Position numbers and translations under genes: made by a program
DNA from: Eubacteriales bacterium
GTDB lineage: Bacteria > Bacillota > Clostridia > Oscillospirales > UMGS1783
Direction of reading: 5' to 3'
Assembly (NCBI GenBank): GCA_045595395.1
Contig: JAZOAH010000028.1
Location: forward strand, 90,339 to 154,338
Length of the DNA: 64,000 nucleotides
Notes under the pieces: generated by a model
Databases searched by the model: none
What the model was told of the DNA's origin: nothing
Seen by the model: only the letters and a program-made list of their open reading frames with translations
Shown here: piece by piece, positions 62,881 to 64,000 of the stretch
How the letters are laid out: each line of letters begins with the position of its first letter
Numbering within the stretch: the first letter of the stretch is position 1

Positions 62881-64000
62881 CTAACTGTTTTGGTTGAGTA
62901 TCTCCCGTACGACCTGGCGCTCATCATAGGGCAGCACCTGCTCCCCCACCCATTGATACCGCTCATGCCCCTTACCGGCCAGCAGCACGATATCGCCCGG
63001 TTTGGCCTCCCGCAAAGCAAATTCGGTGGCCGAGCGCCGATTTTCCAACACGGCAAAGGGGGTCGTATACCCGTTTAAGCCGGTCAAAATATCCTTAATG
63101 ATAGAAAACGGATTTTCCTTTCTCGGATTATCCGAGGTGATCACAATATAATCGGCCAAATTGGCACAAACACCGAACATTTGCGCCCGCTTGCCCTTAT
63201 CTCGTTGGCCGCCGGCGCCGAAGACCACGATCAACCGTCCCGTCTTAAAGCCGTTGATGGTCGAGAGTACATTTTCCAATCCGTCCGGGGTATGGGCATA
63301 ATCTATTATAACACGAAAATCTGTTTTTGTATCCAACATTTCCATGCGCCCGTCAACACCGCTGAAATTTCCCAGCGCCTGCACCACCCTTTCGGGAGAA
63401 ATGCCGAGTTTGAGGGCCGCCACGGCGGCCGCAGCACTGTTATAGGCCGAAAATCGGCCGGGCACACCAAAGTCAATATCCATGCCGTCCAAGGTATAGC
63501 GAACACCGCTGCCGTGACAGGTCAACCGCTCGATCCGATAGTCGCCCTTGTCTATTCCGTAAAAGCAGACATCGCCGCAGGCCTGCGCCATCGGATCGGC
63601 ATAACGATCATCGGCATTGATGACCGCCATCTGTGAGGCGGCAAAAAGTTTTTGCTTGGCCTTGGCGTAAGCTTCCAGGGTCAGATGATAATCCAAATGA
63701 TCCCTCGTCAGATTGGTAAAAATACCGCAGGCAAAGGAAATGGGTGCTACCCGACTCTGATCGAGCGAATGGGAGGATACCTCCATCACAAAGTCCTGAC
63801 ATCCTCGGCCGACTGCCTGCGCCATGGCAGGAAACAACATTTCGGGGATAGGCGTGGTATAGCCGCCGCAGTTGTTGGTGCCGATCAGTTCACACCGCCG
63901 CCCCGCCTGCCGTAAAATATGTGCCAGCAGACCGGATACGGTGGTCTTGCCGTTGGTGCCGGTCACGCCGATGACCCGCAACTTTTTCTGCGGATCGCCG
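62881..64000 (-). CDS. murE: UDP-N-acetylmuramoyl-L-alanyl-D-glutamate--2,6-diaminopimelate ligase (5' end beyond the right edge)
   Basis: VIGVTGTNGKTTV P-loop, DYAHTPD and a DNPR motif. The frame is still open at base 64000. Confidence 0.9.
   Translation of the reverse strand, partial: GDPQKKLRVIGVTGTNGKTTVSGLLAHILRQAGRRCELIGTNNCGGYTTPIPEMLFPAMAQAVGRGCQDFVMEVSSHSLDQSRVAPISFACGIFTNLTRDHLDYHLTLEAYAKAKQKLFAASQMAVINADDRYADPMAQACGDVCFYGIDKGDYRIERLTCHGSGVRYTLDGMDIDFGVPGRFSAYNSAAAAVAALKLGISPERVVQALGNFSGVDGRMEMLDTKTDFRVIIDYAHTPDGLENVLSTINGFKTGRLIVVFGAGGQRDKGKRAQMFGVCANLADYIVITSDNPRKENPFSIIKDILTGLNGYTTPFAVLENRRSATEFALREAKPGDIVLLAGKGHERYQWVGEQVLPYDERQVVREILNQNS

Overview
This 64-kb window looks like chromosome from a Firmicutes/Clostridia-type anaerobe. 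That assignment is an inference from gene content: ytfJ, scpAB, glpP, T-box/SAM-I/FMN leaders, an L7Ae gene between rpoC and rpsL, and Gram-positive lipoboxes. Most of it is densely packed core housekeeping DNA. It holds alaS (partial) behind a T-box, efp, ackA, murC-trxA, typA, scpA/scpB and recD2-comFC. It also holds metK behind a SAM-I riboswitch and ribU behind an FMN riboswitch. The block rpoB-rpoC-L7Ae-rpsL-rpsG-fusA-tuf is present, as is a GlpP-associated glycerol-3-phosphate dehydrogenase-like cluster, one tRNA-Gln(UUG), and a dcw cell-wall/division cluster (murE partial, murF, mraY, ftsW, murG, murA, ftsQ-like, ftsZ). I found no rRNA, CRISPR array, transposase or integrase. Three regions look accessory. 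The first is a VTC-domain/DUF4956/beta-helix lipoprotein cluster (12.2-15.3 kb). The second is a GldA/F/G-like ABC system with a DUF4340 protein (19.9-24.3 kb). The third, and the most interesting, is a tightly coupled seven-gene cluster at 49.0-54.4 kb. It combines a PF14907-like nucleotidyltransferase, two paralogous serine-rich lipoproteins (one with 14 tandem 12-nt SGSQ repeats), an HPr-kinase-like P-loop protein, a PqqD/RRE-like protein, a soluble SipW-type S26 peptidase and an ABC exporter. No recognisable RiPP core enzyme or short precursor is present. Other points worth a second look are a consensus promoter plus terminator that could define a small RNA antisense to the rpoB promoter/leader, two perfect palindromes that contain the stop codons of convergent genes and give both genes identical C-terminal tails, and a Cys/Asp-run zinc-ribbon protein. 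All product calls rest on my reading of translated motifs and recalled family knowledge. No database search was run.
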